This document shows, piece by piece, positions 23,201 through 34,700 of a DNA stretch of 64,000 nt. Every line of letters begins with the position of its first letter. Position 1 is the stretch's first letter. Source of the DNA: Macrostomum lignano (Eukaryota); contig NIVC01000513.1 in the NCBI GenBank assembly GCA_002269645.1, positions 248,001 through 312,000 on the forward strand. Direction: 5' to 3'. Position numbers and translations under genes: made by a program. The notes under the pieces were generated by a model, which did no database searches, was not told the DNA's origin, and saw only the letters and a list, made by a program, of their open reading frames with translations.

Positions 23201-25865
23201 CTAGGCACACCTGGACACAGCCAGACACACCTGGACACAGCCAGACACACCTGGACACAGCCAGACACACCTGAACACAGCCAGACACACCTGGACACAG
23301 CCAGACACACCTGGACACAGCCAGACACACCTGGACACAGCTAGACACACCTGGGCACAGCTAGACACACTTGGACACAGCCAGACACACTTGGACACAG
23401 CCAGACACACCTGGGCACAGCCAGACACACTTGGACACAGCCAGACACACCTGGACACAGCCAGACACACCTGGGCACAGCCAGACACACCTGGACACAG
23501 CCAGACACACCTGGACACAGCCAGACACACTTGGACACAGCCAGACACACCTGGACACAGCCAGACACACCTGGACACAGCCAGACACACCTGGGCACAG
23601 CCAGACACACCTGGGCACAGCCAGACACACTTGGACACAGCCAGACGCACCTGGACACAGCCAGACACACCTGGGCACAGCCAGACACACCTGGGCACAG
23701 CCAGACACACCTGGGCACAGCCAGACACACCTGGACACAGCCAGACACACTTGGACACAGCCAGACACACCTGGACACAGCCAGACACACCTGGGCACAG
23801 CCAGACACACCTGGGCACAGCCAGACACACTTGGACACAGCCAGACGCACCTGGACACAGCCAGACACACCTGGGCACAGCCAGACACACCTGGGCACAG
23901 CCAGACGCACCTGGACACAGCCAGACACACCTGGGCACAGCCAGACACACCTGGGCACAGCCAGACACACTTGGACACAGATATACACAGCTAACTACAC
24001 CCAAACGGATGTAGGCTCATGAATACTAGCAAATCCTGAAAATACAAGACAAAAAATTGGTTGAATTTATAACAGACACAGCAGCAAGCAGTGAGCACAC
24101 CAACTCCTACCTTCATCCGCATGTTCAGCACTGCTGTGGTGCCCCTAGGAGCAGAGCCGACTGGTCGCTGAGCAGAATGGGCGTTTAATAGAGCTGGAAA
24201 GCGAAAATGGAAAAAGGGGGTCACTCACTAGAATAACTGGATGGATCAACACTGAAGGGGTCAGCGGTCCCCCAAAACACTGAAGGGGGTCAGCGGCCTC
24301 CCAAGAACACTGAAGGGGGTCAGCGGCCCCATAAAACACTGAAGGGGGTCAGCGGTCCCATAAAACACTGAAGGGGGACAGCGGCCCCATAAAACACTGA
24401 AGGGGGTCAGCGGCCTCCAAAAACTCTGAAAGGGTCAGCGGCCTCCAAAAACACTGAAGGGGGTCAGCGGCCTCCAAAAACACTGAAGGGGGTCAGCGGC
24501 ATCCAAAAACACTGAAAGGGTCAGCGGCCTCCAAAAACACTGAAGGGGGTCAGCGGCCTCCAAAAACACTGAAAGGGTCAGCGGCCTCCAAAAACACTGA
24601 AGGGGGTCAGCGGCCTCCAAAAACACTGAAAGGGTCAGCGGCCCCATAAAACATTGAAGAGGGTCAGCGGTCCCATAAAACACTGAAGAGGGTCAGCGGA
24701 TTCCAAAAACACTGAAGGGGGTCAGCGGCCTCCAAAAACACTGAAGGGGGTCAGCGGCCTCCAAAAACACTGAAGGGGGTCAGCGGCCTCCAAAAACACT
24801 GAAGGGGGTCAGCGGCCTCCAAAAACACTGAAGGGGGTCAGCGGCCTCCAAAAACACTGAAGGGGGTCAGCGGCCTCCAAAAACACTGAAAGGGGTCAGC
24901 GGCCTCCAAAAACACTGAAGGGGGTCAGCGGCCTCCAAAAACACTGAAAGGGTCAGCGGCCTCCAAAAACACTGAAGGGGGTCAGCGGCCTCCAAAAACA
25001 CTGAAAGGGTCAGCGGCCCCATAAAACACTGAAGAGGGTCAGCGGTCCCATAAAACACTGAAGAGGGTCAGCGGACTCCAAAAACACTGAAGGGGGTCAG
25101 CGGCCTCCAAAAACACTGAAGGGGGTCAGCGGCCTCCAAAAACACTGAAGGGGGTCAGCGGCCTCCAAAAAACACTGAAAGGGGTCAGCGGCCTCCAAAA
25201 ACACTGAAGGGGGTCAGCGGCCCCATAAAACACTGAAGAGGGTCAGCGGCCCCATAAAACACTGAAGAGGGTCAGCGGTCCCATAAAACACTGAAGAGGG
25301 TCAGCGGACTCCAAAAACACTGAAAGGGGTCAGCGGACTCCAAAAACACTGAAGAGGGTCAGAGCCCCCCTCCCCAGAAACAGCTTACCTGGGAAGTTGG
25401 CAAACGCGTCGTACTCCTCGTTAATCGGCTCAGTGCGGTAATCGTCCAAGCACTTGATCACGTGCAGCCCGACCATGGGCTTGCGTCCGAACTGGCGATG
25501 GTCCCGAATCCGGATGTTCATGGGCGGCAAATACAGCGTCTCCTTCGGCAGCATGACGTCCATGAACAGCAGAGTCTCTTGGAAGTTCGGATTTCTCTTA
25601 GTGTTGGCGATGATGTCCGTGGTTGCCAAGTGGCCGCCAATCTCGAACTCGACGCTGGGAGAAGTGACGGACATCAGCTGGAAGGCCTGCATGTTGCGAA
25701 CGCCCCACGACAGGATCTCGATGCCCGTCCGTTGCAGCACTGGCTTCACGCCGTCTGGCACAACGAAAATGTCGGCGCCCCGTTTTGAAGGCGTCGGCGG
25801 CAGCGGCTCACCGGTGAGTAGGAAGAGCTCGAATGCCGCCAGCAGCTCGCCGCCCTCCTTGCTGC
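8222..25865 (-). CDS. Tandem duplicate of the ferlin 3' half (8 exons, late C2D to stop), with no 5' exons of its own
   Basis: All 8 exons have the same lengths as in the proximal copy (477, 83, 491, 640, 423, 110, 148, 33 nt), with open frames and intact splice sites. Confidence 0.93.
8390..8725. repeat. 24-bp minisatellite CCTGACACTAAACTTGACGCTTTT
   Basis: Only about two units at the paralogous site near 28850. Confidence 0.9.
8793..10204. repeat. 22-bp minisatellite CTCAATATGCTACTATCTGACA
   Basis: Homogeneous array; paralog at 28957-30328. Confidence 0.97.
10222..10369 (-). CDS. Ferlin TM exon, distal copy
   Basis: Same peptide as 30346-30493; the visible differences are synonymous. Confidence 0.9.
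10628..10737 (-). CDS. Ferlin exon, distal copy
   Basis: Paralog of 30840-30949. Confidence 0.9.
10830..10980. repeat. 23-bp minisatellite AATCTCAACCCTACTTCTCACCC
   Basis: Paralog at 31020-31320. Confidence 0.85.
11015..11437 (-). CDS. Ferlin C2F exon, distal copy
   Basis: Paralog of 31351-31773; intact. Confidence 0.92.
11480..12595. repeat. 29-30-bp minisatellite GGGGGAATTGCTGAGATG...
   Basis: Same family at 31800-32000 and 39790-40730. Confidence 0.92.
11762..11996 (+). mobile_element. Solo LTR, 235 bp
   Basis: TGTAG...CTACA termini, perfect 5-bp TSD CTGAT, internal AATAAA; inserted in a minisatellite. Confidence 0.85.
13400..13490 (+). promoter_or_regulatory. Pol II promoter-like cluster inside the insertion
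   Basis: TGACTCA at 13400, TGACGTCA at 13410, CCAAT at 13430, TATTTAA at 13484; a gtaagt donor follows near 13808. Confidence 0.45.
14276..14848 (+). CDS. DnaJ J-domain-containing ORF (helix I not evident)
   Basis: [16 protein letters not shown]...[26 protein letters not shown] matches J-domain helices II-IV with the HPD motif. Confidence 0.85.
   Translation: MRLASSIKVAFRRRSLLLHPDKVGVGGTGAYQRVVFAYSVLGDPFYRALYDKFGEAALSNTLSYAQFFSPPPGVSFPDEIRAGLESMGIVVISDDEDEPPAVDATPIAPAGGVLMVARPSPPRVPESIEARYRSLRNHLAQHLRISRIAQAQECISGLEELFLSAGLEPRRWVSDSLGVALSFIASDVSP
14885..15934 (+). CDS. TatD-like DNase (amidohydrolase TIM barrel) with degenerate active site; in frame with the J-domain ORF
   Basis: [35 protein letters not shown] and [13 protein letters not shown] correspond to TatD DxHxH, GEIGLD, LPxxIHxR and LLLETDAP. 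Confidence 0.8.
   Translation: MLSNEALTASIGFVMTCIKKMGLLNGGALLSKLRELTVLVAPDSKSEDQAEKAVDEADILDLECPQEDLDAVGPEERPASPSAPEASQVTGLLDAHAFLLRLFSWSGDLFLDGVEACVSVVNSPFYLRPSNPATARLICDSRIHFALGLRASAAPLMTTLAADLQRFIAGEWPRVVAVGEAELDVQNTAISVEQQMAALELQVRLAKKRDLPLLVRLRERRRSPVEPGGSAWHQFLRLLVASDFANCRILVVESSDWPKDTLSLYLASLPRLKFEVTARVVNSRWHAQRVAAIPSDRLLVASSAPFAGNPGKPTDVRKAAAWLAEERSDGALPGRLAGLRVNFIIFNCV
17655..18294 (-). CDS. Ferlin C2E to C2F exon, distal copy
   Basis: Paralog of 33902-34541; intact. Confidence 0.92.
18325..18560. repeat. 15-bp minisatellite GAGGATCAGGGATTT (short version)
   Basis: Paralog at 34567-36105 is much longer. Confidence 0.9.
18625..19115 (-). CDS. Ferlin C2E exon, distal copy
   Basis: Paralog of 36173-36663; intact. 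Confidence 0.92.
19130..20165. repeat. About 34-bp minisatellite GACTCAGTGAATCTGGGATGCTGAGTGACTGAGA
   Basis: Paralog at 36678-37362. Confidence 0.95.
20736..21185 (-). CDS. Uncharacterised nested-family protein, copy 2 (149 aa)
   Basis: aaaATG start; acceptor ctaacag 19 nt upstream; AATAAA (minus) at 20565-20570; shares the [23 protein letters not shown] core. Confidence 0.8.
   Translation of the reverse strand: MRYGYIRGQEWPSQSFGGDQNAQQTVNNIVNYIRDQKPNARFAKIMAYLWREWKLKLYFCEKFWYVDLNSEYRMLLRPVQMNDGSTYVCIEIYRRQHEHVPTLEEHKTFLNKSSSPEKAEENFPEHTRGNSANSTSTCRQEAAKKSKKN
21819..21892 (-). other. Putative small exon, distal copy (74 nt, with an internal 14-nt duplication)
   Basis: ctgcag acceptor and gtgagt donor; cagaagcaaaaagc occurs twice. 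Confidence 0.45.
22745..23990. repeat. 20-bp minisatellite CACCTGGACACAGCCAGACA
   Basis: Paralogs at 41985-42610 and a short start at 6900-6965. Confidence 0.95.
24111..24193 (-). CDS. Ferlin linker exon, distal copy
   Basis: [28 protein letters not shown]. Confidence 0.8.
24248..25362. repeat. 28-29-bp minisatellite AAAAACACTGAAGGGGGTCAGCGGCCTCC
   Basis: Paralog at 42885-43445. Confidence 0.95.
25389..25865 (-). CDS. Ferlin exon, C2D end and C2DE, distal copy
   Basis: Nearly identical to 43477-43953. Confidence 0.92.
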
Positions 25866-25884
25866 CTGGAGGTGAAGCATGGGT

Positions 25885-26120
25885 TGTACACCTGGTTTAC
25901 CGGTACACCTGGCCTACTGTTTACTGGTACACCTGGCCTACTGTTTACTGGTACACCTGCTCAGCTGGTACACCTGGTCAACTGGTACATCTGGTCAACT
26001 GGTATACCTGGTCAGCTGGTACATTTGGTCTACTGGTACACCTGGTCTAATGGTATACCTTGGTCTAATGGTACACCTGGTCCAATGGTACACCTGGTCC
26101 AATGGTACACCTGGTCTACT
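25885..26120. repeat. About 17-bp GGTACACCTGGT-core repeat
   Basis: Paralog at 43970-44295. Confidence 0.85.
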
Positions 26121-26201
26121 TAAAAAAAGCCCCTTTGTTTGGTCAATGCAAAACATATTCAATCGGAAACCGCTCAAAATCAATTGATCCGCATTTAAAT
26201 G

Positions 26202-26511
26202 ACACACTTGAGGAGTACTCCGCTCGTTAAGAGTTCGCGGACAAAGAGCCCGTCTGAGTCGTGCCAGACGCTGAGTCATCCCAGGCCTAAAGTCCAGGTG
26301 ACTCATAGTCTGCAGCCAGACAAAGAGCTAGAGAGACAAAGAGCCCAGCGGAAGTCTAGATTCCCGCGAGACATAGGGCCCAAAGGAAACTATAGGGTAC
26401 TCGAGACAGAGAGCCCGTTCCTGCTCGGTACTAGAATTTATATCTGCGATAGACTACTTGTCAGTAGCGAAGTTAGAGTTTGTTTAATAAATAATTCCGG
26501 ACAAGTTGACA
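26202..26511 (+). mobile_element. LTR-like segment at the duplication breakpoint
   Basis: Flanked by direct AAATG; repeated gacaaagagc motifs; AATAAA near the end; ends GTTGACA; the 5' TG is ambiguous. Confidence 0.35.
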
Positions 26512-26629
26512 AAATGTCACACCTGTTACATTTGGTGTCATTAGCGGTGGGATTTGATATCCAAGCCGTCATGTTTTAAAATCATTCCGACCGTTTACAA
26601 TAAAAGAGAGAGGAAATCGATAGCTTAAA

Positions 26630-27110
26630 TTGTTAGCAAAGAGGGATGTAGCAGACTCTTACTCCAAGACGGATAGTGACACAATAAATATCACCGTGTT
26701 ACAATTAATTGACGATGCTCTTAGGTGCGTAAATAATTTGACAGAAATTGAAAATACTAAGTCTTATTCAAAGACAGAGAGTGACACTCAATTAGCTCTA
26801 AAAAGAAATATTTCCGACTCTTATTCAAAAGAAGAAATCGATGCCCAAAGAGCTGCAAGCACTGCTCACAGAGCTGCAAGTGAAAGCAGATTAGTAAAAA
26901 TTCTTCTAACAATGACATCAAATACTTCCCATCCTGATGTCGTTGTGACTGCTTCTTTCAACTCTTCAACTGCAGTTCATGTTGCTGATTCAAACCCAAG
27001 AACAGAATGGAGCAATTCAGATGACTCAGATAAGTGGATACGATTTCAATTTCTGAAAAGATCTAGAAAAGTTGTAGAGATAAAATTGGAAGGATTGGAA
27101 GGAAGAAAGT
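26630..27110 (+). pseudogene. Virus-fibre-like fragment: DSYSK(T/E)(D/E)xD repeats plus a discoidin/F5-8C-like stretch
   Basis: Three DSYSKTDSD / SYSKTESD / DSYSKEEID repeats, then VTASFNS...ADSNPRTEWS...KWIRFQF...VVEIKLEG; the ORF runs into a minisatellite. Confidence 0.4.
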
Positions 27111-28180
27111 TCCAGAGGGGAATCTCAAGAGTTCCAGAGGGGAATCTCAAGAGTTCCAGAGGAGAATCTCAAGAGTTCCAGAGGGGAATCTCAAGAGTTC
27201 CAGAGGGGAATCTCAAGAGTTCCAGAGGGGAATCTCAAGAGTTCCAGAGGGGAATCTCAAGAGTTCCAGAGGGGAATCTCAAGAGTTCCAGAGGGGAATC
27301 TCAAGAGTTCCAGAGGGGAATCTGAAGAGTTCCAGAGGGGAATCTCAAGAGTTCCAGAGGGGAATCTCAAGAGTTCCAGAGGGGAATCTCAAGAGTTCCA
27401 GAGGGGAATCTCAAGAGTTCCAGAGGGGAATCTCAAGAGTTCCAGAGGGGAATCTCAAGAGTTCCAAGCAGGAATCTCAAGAGTTCCAGAGGGGAATCTC
27501 AAGAGTTCCAGAGGGGAATCTCAAGAGTTCCAGAGGAGAATCTCAAGAGTTCCAGAGGGGAATCTCAAGAGTTCCAGAGGAGAATCTCAAGAGCTCCAGA
27601 GGGGAATCTCAAGAGTTCCAGAGGAGAATCTGAAGAGTTCCATAGGGGAATCTCAAGAGTTCCAGAGGGGAATCTCAAGAGTTCCAGAGGGGAATCTCAA
27701 GAGTTCCAGAGGGGAATCTCAAGAGCTCCAGAGGGGAATCTCAAGAGTTCCAGAGGAGAATCTGAAGAGTTCCAGAGGGGAATCTCAAGAGTTCCAGAGG
27801 AGAATCTCAAGAGTTCCAGAGGGGAATCTCAAGAGTTCCAGAGGGGAATCTGAAGAGTTCCAGAGGAGAATCTGCAGAGTTCCAGAGGGGAATCTCAAGA
27901 GTTCCAGAGGGGAATCTCAAGAGTTCCAGAGGGGAATCTCAAGAGTTCCAGAGGGGAATCTCAAGAGTTCCAAGCAGGAATCTCAAGAGTTCCAGAGGGG
28001 AATCTCAAGAGTTCCAGAGGGGAATCTCAAGAGTTCCAGAGGGGAATCTCAAGAGTTCCAGAGGGGAATCTCAAGAGTTCCAGAGGAGAATCTCAAGAGT
28101 TCCAGAGTAGAATCTGAAGAGTTCCAGAGGGGAATCTCCGGAGTTCTAGAGGAGAATCTCAAGAGTTCCAGAAGGAACTC
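27108..28180. repeat. 22-bp minisatellite GAGTTCCAGAGGGGAATCTCAA
   Basis: Direct tandem units; marks the left end of the proximal duplicated unit. Confidence 0.95.
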
Positions 28181-28681
28181 TCAAGAAAAAACTGCAAGCA
28201 AAAGTCAAATCAAAACCCAATGTTAAACTTGAACTTCATTTATTGGATTAATTTTTTATGTATTTTTTCACTAAAACTTTCGAAAAATTCGTAACCAAGC
28301 ACGTTTAGCATTGCAGACGAGCTGGAAGCAAACTTGTAAGCGAGATTATAAAATATGTAGGATTGAATTAAACAAATAACTAAATAGCAATAAGTTGGGT
28401 TTCGAATTCTGGATTTGTTAAAACTGGCCATTATTATAACAAAAAGAATAACGAATGAAAAGGGCTATATTGCTAGACAAATTCAAAAATTATTTTTTGT
28501 CTTTATCTATATAGTAATACTATTGAATATAAATCTGTTAGCACAGAGATTAATATAATATTTATAAAAATAAATCACAACAATAAATTTGTCAACTTTG
28601 TCGCTTTGGCCTGTGACACAAAGTTAAGAATGTCCAGTGTTTTTATTAGAAATATTGGGAAGTCAAGCGACTGACGACAGT

Positions 28682-28714
28682 TCAAACTCCCATCACTTTG
28701 CGAGCAGCGAGACC
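28682..28714 (-). CDS. Ferlin terminal coding exon ([10 protein letters not shown]), proximal copy
   Basis: cag|GGTCTCGCT...GTTTGA; AATAAA on the minus strand at 28239-28244. Confidence 0.85.
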   Translation of the reverse strand, partial: GLAARKVMGV

Positions 28715-31700
28715 CTGCGATTTAAAAAATAATTTTGATAAATTAATTTTTAATACAGTTAAACAAAATGCTCTACTGATAGTAGCTGAAGCCAGCGAAA
28801 TTATACTAAACGAGAAGCTTGCTTATGAAAACTCAGAGTCGGGCTTTTCCTGACACTAAACTTGACGTTTTTCCTGACACTAAATTTGACAGCTGACTTG
28901 GCATCAACTGACACTGCAATTTCGGTAATTTGTGACACTGTTCACTACTACCTGAAGCTCAATATGCTACTAACTGACACTCAATATGCTACTAACTGAC
29001 ACTCAATATGCTACTATCTGACACTCAATATGCTACTATCTGACACTCAATATGCTACTATCTGACACTCAATATGCTACTATCTGACACTCAATATGCT
29101 ACTATCTGACACTCAATATGCTACTATCTGACACTCAATATGCTACTATCTGACACTCAATATGCTACTATCTGACACTCAATATGCTACTATCTGACAC
29201 TCAATATGCTACTATCTGACACTCAATATGCTACTATCTGACACTCAATATGCTACTATCTGACACTCAATATGCTACTATCTGACACTCAATATGCTAC
29301 TATCTGACACTCAATATGCTACTATCTGACACTCAATATGCTACTATCTGACACTCAATATGCTACTATCTGACACTCAATATGCTACTATCTGACACTC
29401 AATATGCTACTATCTGACACTCAATATGCTACTATCTGACACTCAATATGCTACTATCTGACACTCAATATGCTACTATCTGACACTCAATATGCTACTA
29501 ACTGACACTCAATATGCTACTATCTGACACTCAATATGCTACTATCTGACACTCAATATGCTACTAACTGACACTCAATATGCTACTATCTGACACTCAA
29601 TATGCTACTATCTGACACTCAATATGCTACTATCTGACACTCAATATGCTACTGACACTCAATATGCTACTGACACTCAATATGCTACTGACACTCAATA
29701 TGCTACTGACACTCAATATGCTACTGACACTCAATATGCTACTATCTGACACTCAATATGCTACTATCTGACACTCAATATGCTACTGACACTCAATATG
29801 CTACTGACACTCAATATGCTACTGACACTCAATATGCTACTGACACTCAATATGCTACTGACACTCAATATGCTACTGACACTCAATATGCTACTGACAC
29901 TCAATATGCTACTGACACTCAATATGCTACTGACACTCAATATGCTACTATCTGACACTCAATATGCTACTATCTGACACTCAATATGCTACTGACACTC
30001 AATATGCTACTGACACTCAATATGCTACTGACACTCAATATGCTACTGACACTCAATATGCTACTGACACTCAATATGCTACTGACACTCAATATGCTAC
30101 TGACACTCAATATGCTACCATCTGACACTCAATATGCTACTATCTGACACTCAATATGCTACTATCTGACACTCAATATGCTACTATCTGACACTCAATA
30201 TGCTACTATCTGACACTCAATATGCTACTATCTGACACTCAATATGCTACTATCTGACACTCAATATGTTACTATCTGACACTCAATATGCTACTATCTG
30301 ACACTCAATATGCTACTATCTGACACTCAGGCGGCATGAACTCACAGGCACAGCGTAGATGAACATGGCCAGCAGCAGGCCGAAAATGACCACCAGAAAG
30401 GCACCGAGGATGTACCACTTGTAGTTCTTCCAAACGATGTGCTTGAAGGTCTTCCACGGAGAGGTGAACCACAGGAAGGAGGTCTCTGGGCGCCTGGGTG
30501 AGGTGAAGGGTTTGCTATGCAGAAATACTGCCACGTGTTGAAGGCATGGGAAAGATTTGGGATTTGGGACGGTTTCGGGATTTGGGGGATTTAATAGATT
30601 TAGGGAGATTTATAGGGGAGATTTGGAGAGATTTGAGGTATTTGGGGGAGATTTGAGGGATTTGGGGGGATTTGACGGATTTGAGGTAGATTTGAGGGAA
30701 TGGGGAGATTTGAGGGATTTGGGGAGATTTGAGGGATTGAGGGATGTTGCGAAGATTTAGGGAGAAACTACTTATTAGACTTTAGTCAGTAGTGCAAGTA
30801 GGCCATGAATACAACAAGACAAGAAGACCCGCAGCTCACTTGGGCGGCTCCAGATGCGGGTTCTCGTTGGGCTCGTCTTGGCCGAAACCGGCGGGACGAA
30901 GCTGCGCCTCTTCGACCGTCAGCAGCTCCAGCTCCATCTCCACCTTGCCCTGCCGATGCGCGAGTTTGGTACCAGGGAGAGGAGAATCAGTGTGCAGAAC
31001 CAACCAGCTTCTCAGCGAGGCAATCTCAACCCTACTTCTCCCCCAATCTCAACCCTACTTCTCTCCCAATCTCAACCCGACTTCTCACTCAATCTCAACC
31101 CTACTTCTCTCCCAAACTCAACCCTACTTCTCCCCCAATCTCAACCCTACTTCTCAACCAAACTCAACCCTACTTCCCTCCCAATCTCAACCCTACTTCT
31201 CTTCCAATCTCAACCCTACTTCTCACCCAATCTCAACCCTAACTCTCTCCTAATCTCAACCCTACTTCTCAATAAATCTCAACCCTACTTCTCACCCAGT
31301 CTCAACCCTACGTTTCAACCTCCCCATTCCCACAGCTTCATGGATCTCACGGTCAGTCTCTCGCCATCGGGCTTCTCATCGTTGATGCAGGGCCAGTAGC
31401 CGTAGGCGCGCTTGCAGTCGAACAGGTTGATCATTTTGACGCTCTTGCCGTAGGCGGGCAGCTGCTCAACTCCGCACTGTCGCGACTTCTTCTTCGGCGC
31501 CGGCATGCTGGACAAGTTGAGCTCCAAGGTGCCAAGGAAGTCGTCAGCCGAGAACTTGTCATTGTCCCAGATCTGCACGACCAGGTTCGGCGGGATGCAC
31601 TGCTCAGTGGCGTCAAGAGACCAGAAGTGCTCCTTCTTCTTCACCACCATGACGTTCTCGGCGGGCAGGTAGTCCATAGGGAATTTGAAGCGCCAGTTGA

Positions 31701-34700
31701 AGTTGCCGACCCCGTCAAGGCTGCGGTAGTGCACGTCTGTCTCCTGCTTCTCGTCAAGGCCCGCCAGCCAGCCCTGGGGGATGTGGAAGGGGATGTTGAG
31801 CTCTGATTACTAGGGAGATTACTGAGATATCAAGGCTCATGGGGGAATTGCGGAGGTGTCATGGCTCAAAGGGGAATTGCGGAGGTGTCATGGCTCATAG
31901 GGGAATTGCGGAGGTGTCATGGCTCATAGGGGAATCGCGGAGGTGTCATGGCTCATAGGGGAATCGCGGAGGTGTCATGGCTCATAGGGGAATTGCTGAG
32001 ATGACCCCTCAACACACACTAATCCAATCCCAAAGCCGACACTAATCCCATCCCCAGAACCTACACACTAATACCATCCCCAGAACCCACACTAATCCCA
32101 TCCCCAGAACCCACTCTAATCCCATCCCCAGAACCCACACTAATCCCATCCCCAGAACCCACACTAATCCCATCCCCAGAACCCACACTAATCCCATCCC
32201 CAGAACCCACACTAATCCCATCCCCAGAACCCACACTAATCCCATCCCCAGAACCCACACTAATCCCATCCCCAGAACCCACACTAATCCCATACCCAAA
32301 ACCCACACTAATCCCATCCCCAGAACCCACACTAATCCCATCCCCAGAACCCACACTAATCCCATCCCCAGAACCCACACTAATCTCATCCCCAGAACCC
32401 ACACTAATCCCATCCCCAGAACCTACACTAATCCCATCCCCAGAAACCACACACTAATCCCATCCCCAGAACCCACACACTAATCCCATCCCCAGAACCC
32501 ACACTAATCCAATCCCCAGAACCTACACTAATACCATCCCCAAAACCCACACACTAATCCCATCCCCAAAACCCACACACTAATCCAATCCCAAAGCCGA
32601 CACTAATACCCATCCCCAGAACCCACACTAATCCCATCCCCAGAACCTACACACTAATCCCATCCCCAGAACCCACACACTAATCCCATCCCCAGAACCC
32701 ACACACTAATCCCATCCCCAAAACCCAGACACTAATCCCATCCCCAGAACCCACAAACTAATCCCATCCCCAGAACCCACTCTAATCCCATCTCCAGAAC
32801 CCACACTAATCTCATCCCCAGAACCCACACTAATCCCATCCCCAGAACCCACCCTAATCCCATCCCCAGAACCCACACTAATCCCATCCCCAGAACCCAC
32901 ACTAATCCCATCCCCAGAACCCACACTAATCCCATCCCCAGAACCCACACTAATCCCATCCCCAGAACCCACACTAATCCCATCCCCAGAACCTACACTA
33001 ATCCCATACCCAAAACCCACACACTAATCCCATCCCCAGAACCCACACTAATCCCATCCCCAGAACCTACACTAATCCCATCCCCAGAACCCACACTAAT
33101 CCCATCCCCAGAACCCACACTAATCCCATCCCCAAAACCTACACTAATCCCATCCCCAGAAACAACACACTAATCCCATCCCCAGAACCCACACACTAAT
33201 CCCATCCTCAGAACCCATACTAATCCCATCCCCAGAACCCACACTAATCCCATCCCCAGAACCTACACTAATCCCATCCCCAGAACCCACACTAATCCCA
33301 TCCCCAGAACCCACACTAATCCCATCCCCAGAAATCACACTAATCCCATCCCCAAAACCCACACACTAATCCCATCCCCAGAACCCACACACTAATCCAA
33401 TCCCCAGAGCTGACACTAATCCCATCCCCAGAACCCACACTAATCCCATCCCCAGAACCCACACACTAATCCCATCCTCAGAACCCATACTAATCCCATC
33501 CCCAGAACCCACACTAATCCCATCCCCAGAACCTACACTAATCCCATCCCCAGAACCCACACACTAATCCCATCCCCAGAACCCACACTAATCCCATCCC
33601 CAGAAATCACACTAATCCCATCCCCAAAACCCACACACTAATCCCATCCCCAGAACCCACACACTAATCCAATCCCCAGAGCTGACACTAATCCCATCCC
33701 CAGAACCCACACTAATCCCATCCCCAGAACCCACACACTAATCCCATCCCCAGAACTCACACTAATCCCATCCCCAGAACCCACACTAATCCCATCCCCA
33801 GAACCCACACTAATCCCATCCCCAGAACCCACACTAATCCCATCCCCAGTACCCACACTAATCCCATTCCCAGAACCTAGGCAATCTGCCCAGCTGCTCA
33901 CCCGGACATAGATGTCGGACATCTGCTCCCCAGTGATGGACGTCTCCTCCAGCACGACGTCCTTGGTGTTCCACACGATGACTCGCAGTTCGTATTTCTT
34001 GGGCTCGCGAGGTCGAACATCGGTTGGCGGAGGCAGGGTGCCAGCCAAGCAGGGGAAAATGTCCACCCAGCACTGCAGCTTGCCCTGCTCGATGCCCGGC
34101 TGCAGCGGAGAGTACAGCGGCCGGGTCTCGACGTGCTCCTTCACCAGAGGCAGGCAGTTGAGCACGTGCAGCGCCAGGCGCTCGTCCTCCGGTCCAAAGT
34201 GCGGGTTGGACTTTCTGGTGGGCTCAAAGCTGTCCAAGTAGAAGGTCTTGGCGCCCAGTCTCAAGCAGTCGGCGCCTTCGAATCGGGGCTCAGGGAGGAA
34301 ATTTTTTGAGCAAAAATCGGCCAGAATCTCTTTGGGTTTTTGAACGTCACGCCACTGATTCGGACCTTCGACGTAGTAGGACTGCGGCAGGCCCACTCGG
34401 GCGTTGAACTTGCTCAGGTAGCGGTTCTCCAGGTCGATCACCGTCTCCCCGATTACGTCATCGGAGCTGAGGAAGTCGTAGTCCTTGACGCGGATGTACA
34501 GGTCTTTGTCGATTGGCAAGATGCACTTCAGCTCGAATATTCTGCGAGTGTGGGGTTCAGCGCTGGCTTGAGGATCAGGGATTTGAGGATTGGGGATTTG
34601 AGGATCAGGGATTTGAGGATCTGGGATTTGAGGATCAGGGATTTGAGGATCAGGAATGTGAGGATCAGGGATCTGAGGATTAGGGATTTGAGGATAGGGA

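Noticed and set aside
23059-24022. Multiple Cys-rich and DTARHT ORFs
   Set aside because: A 20-bp tandem repeat that is open in nearly all frames.
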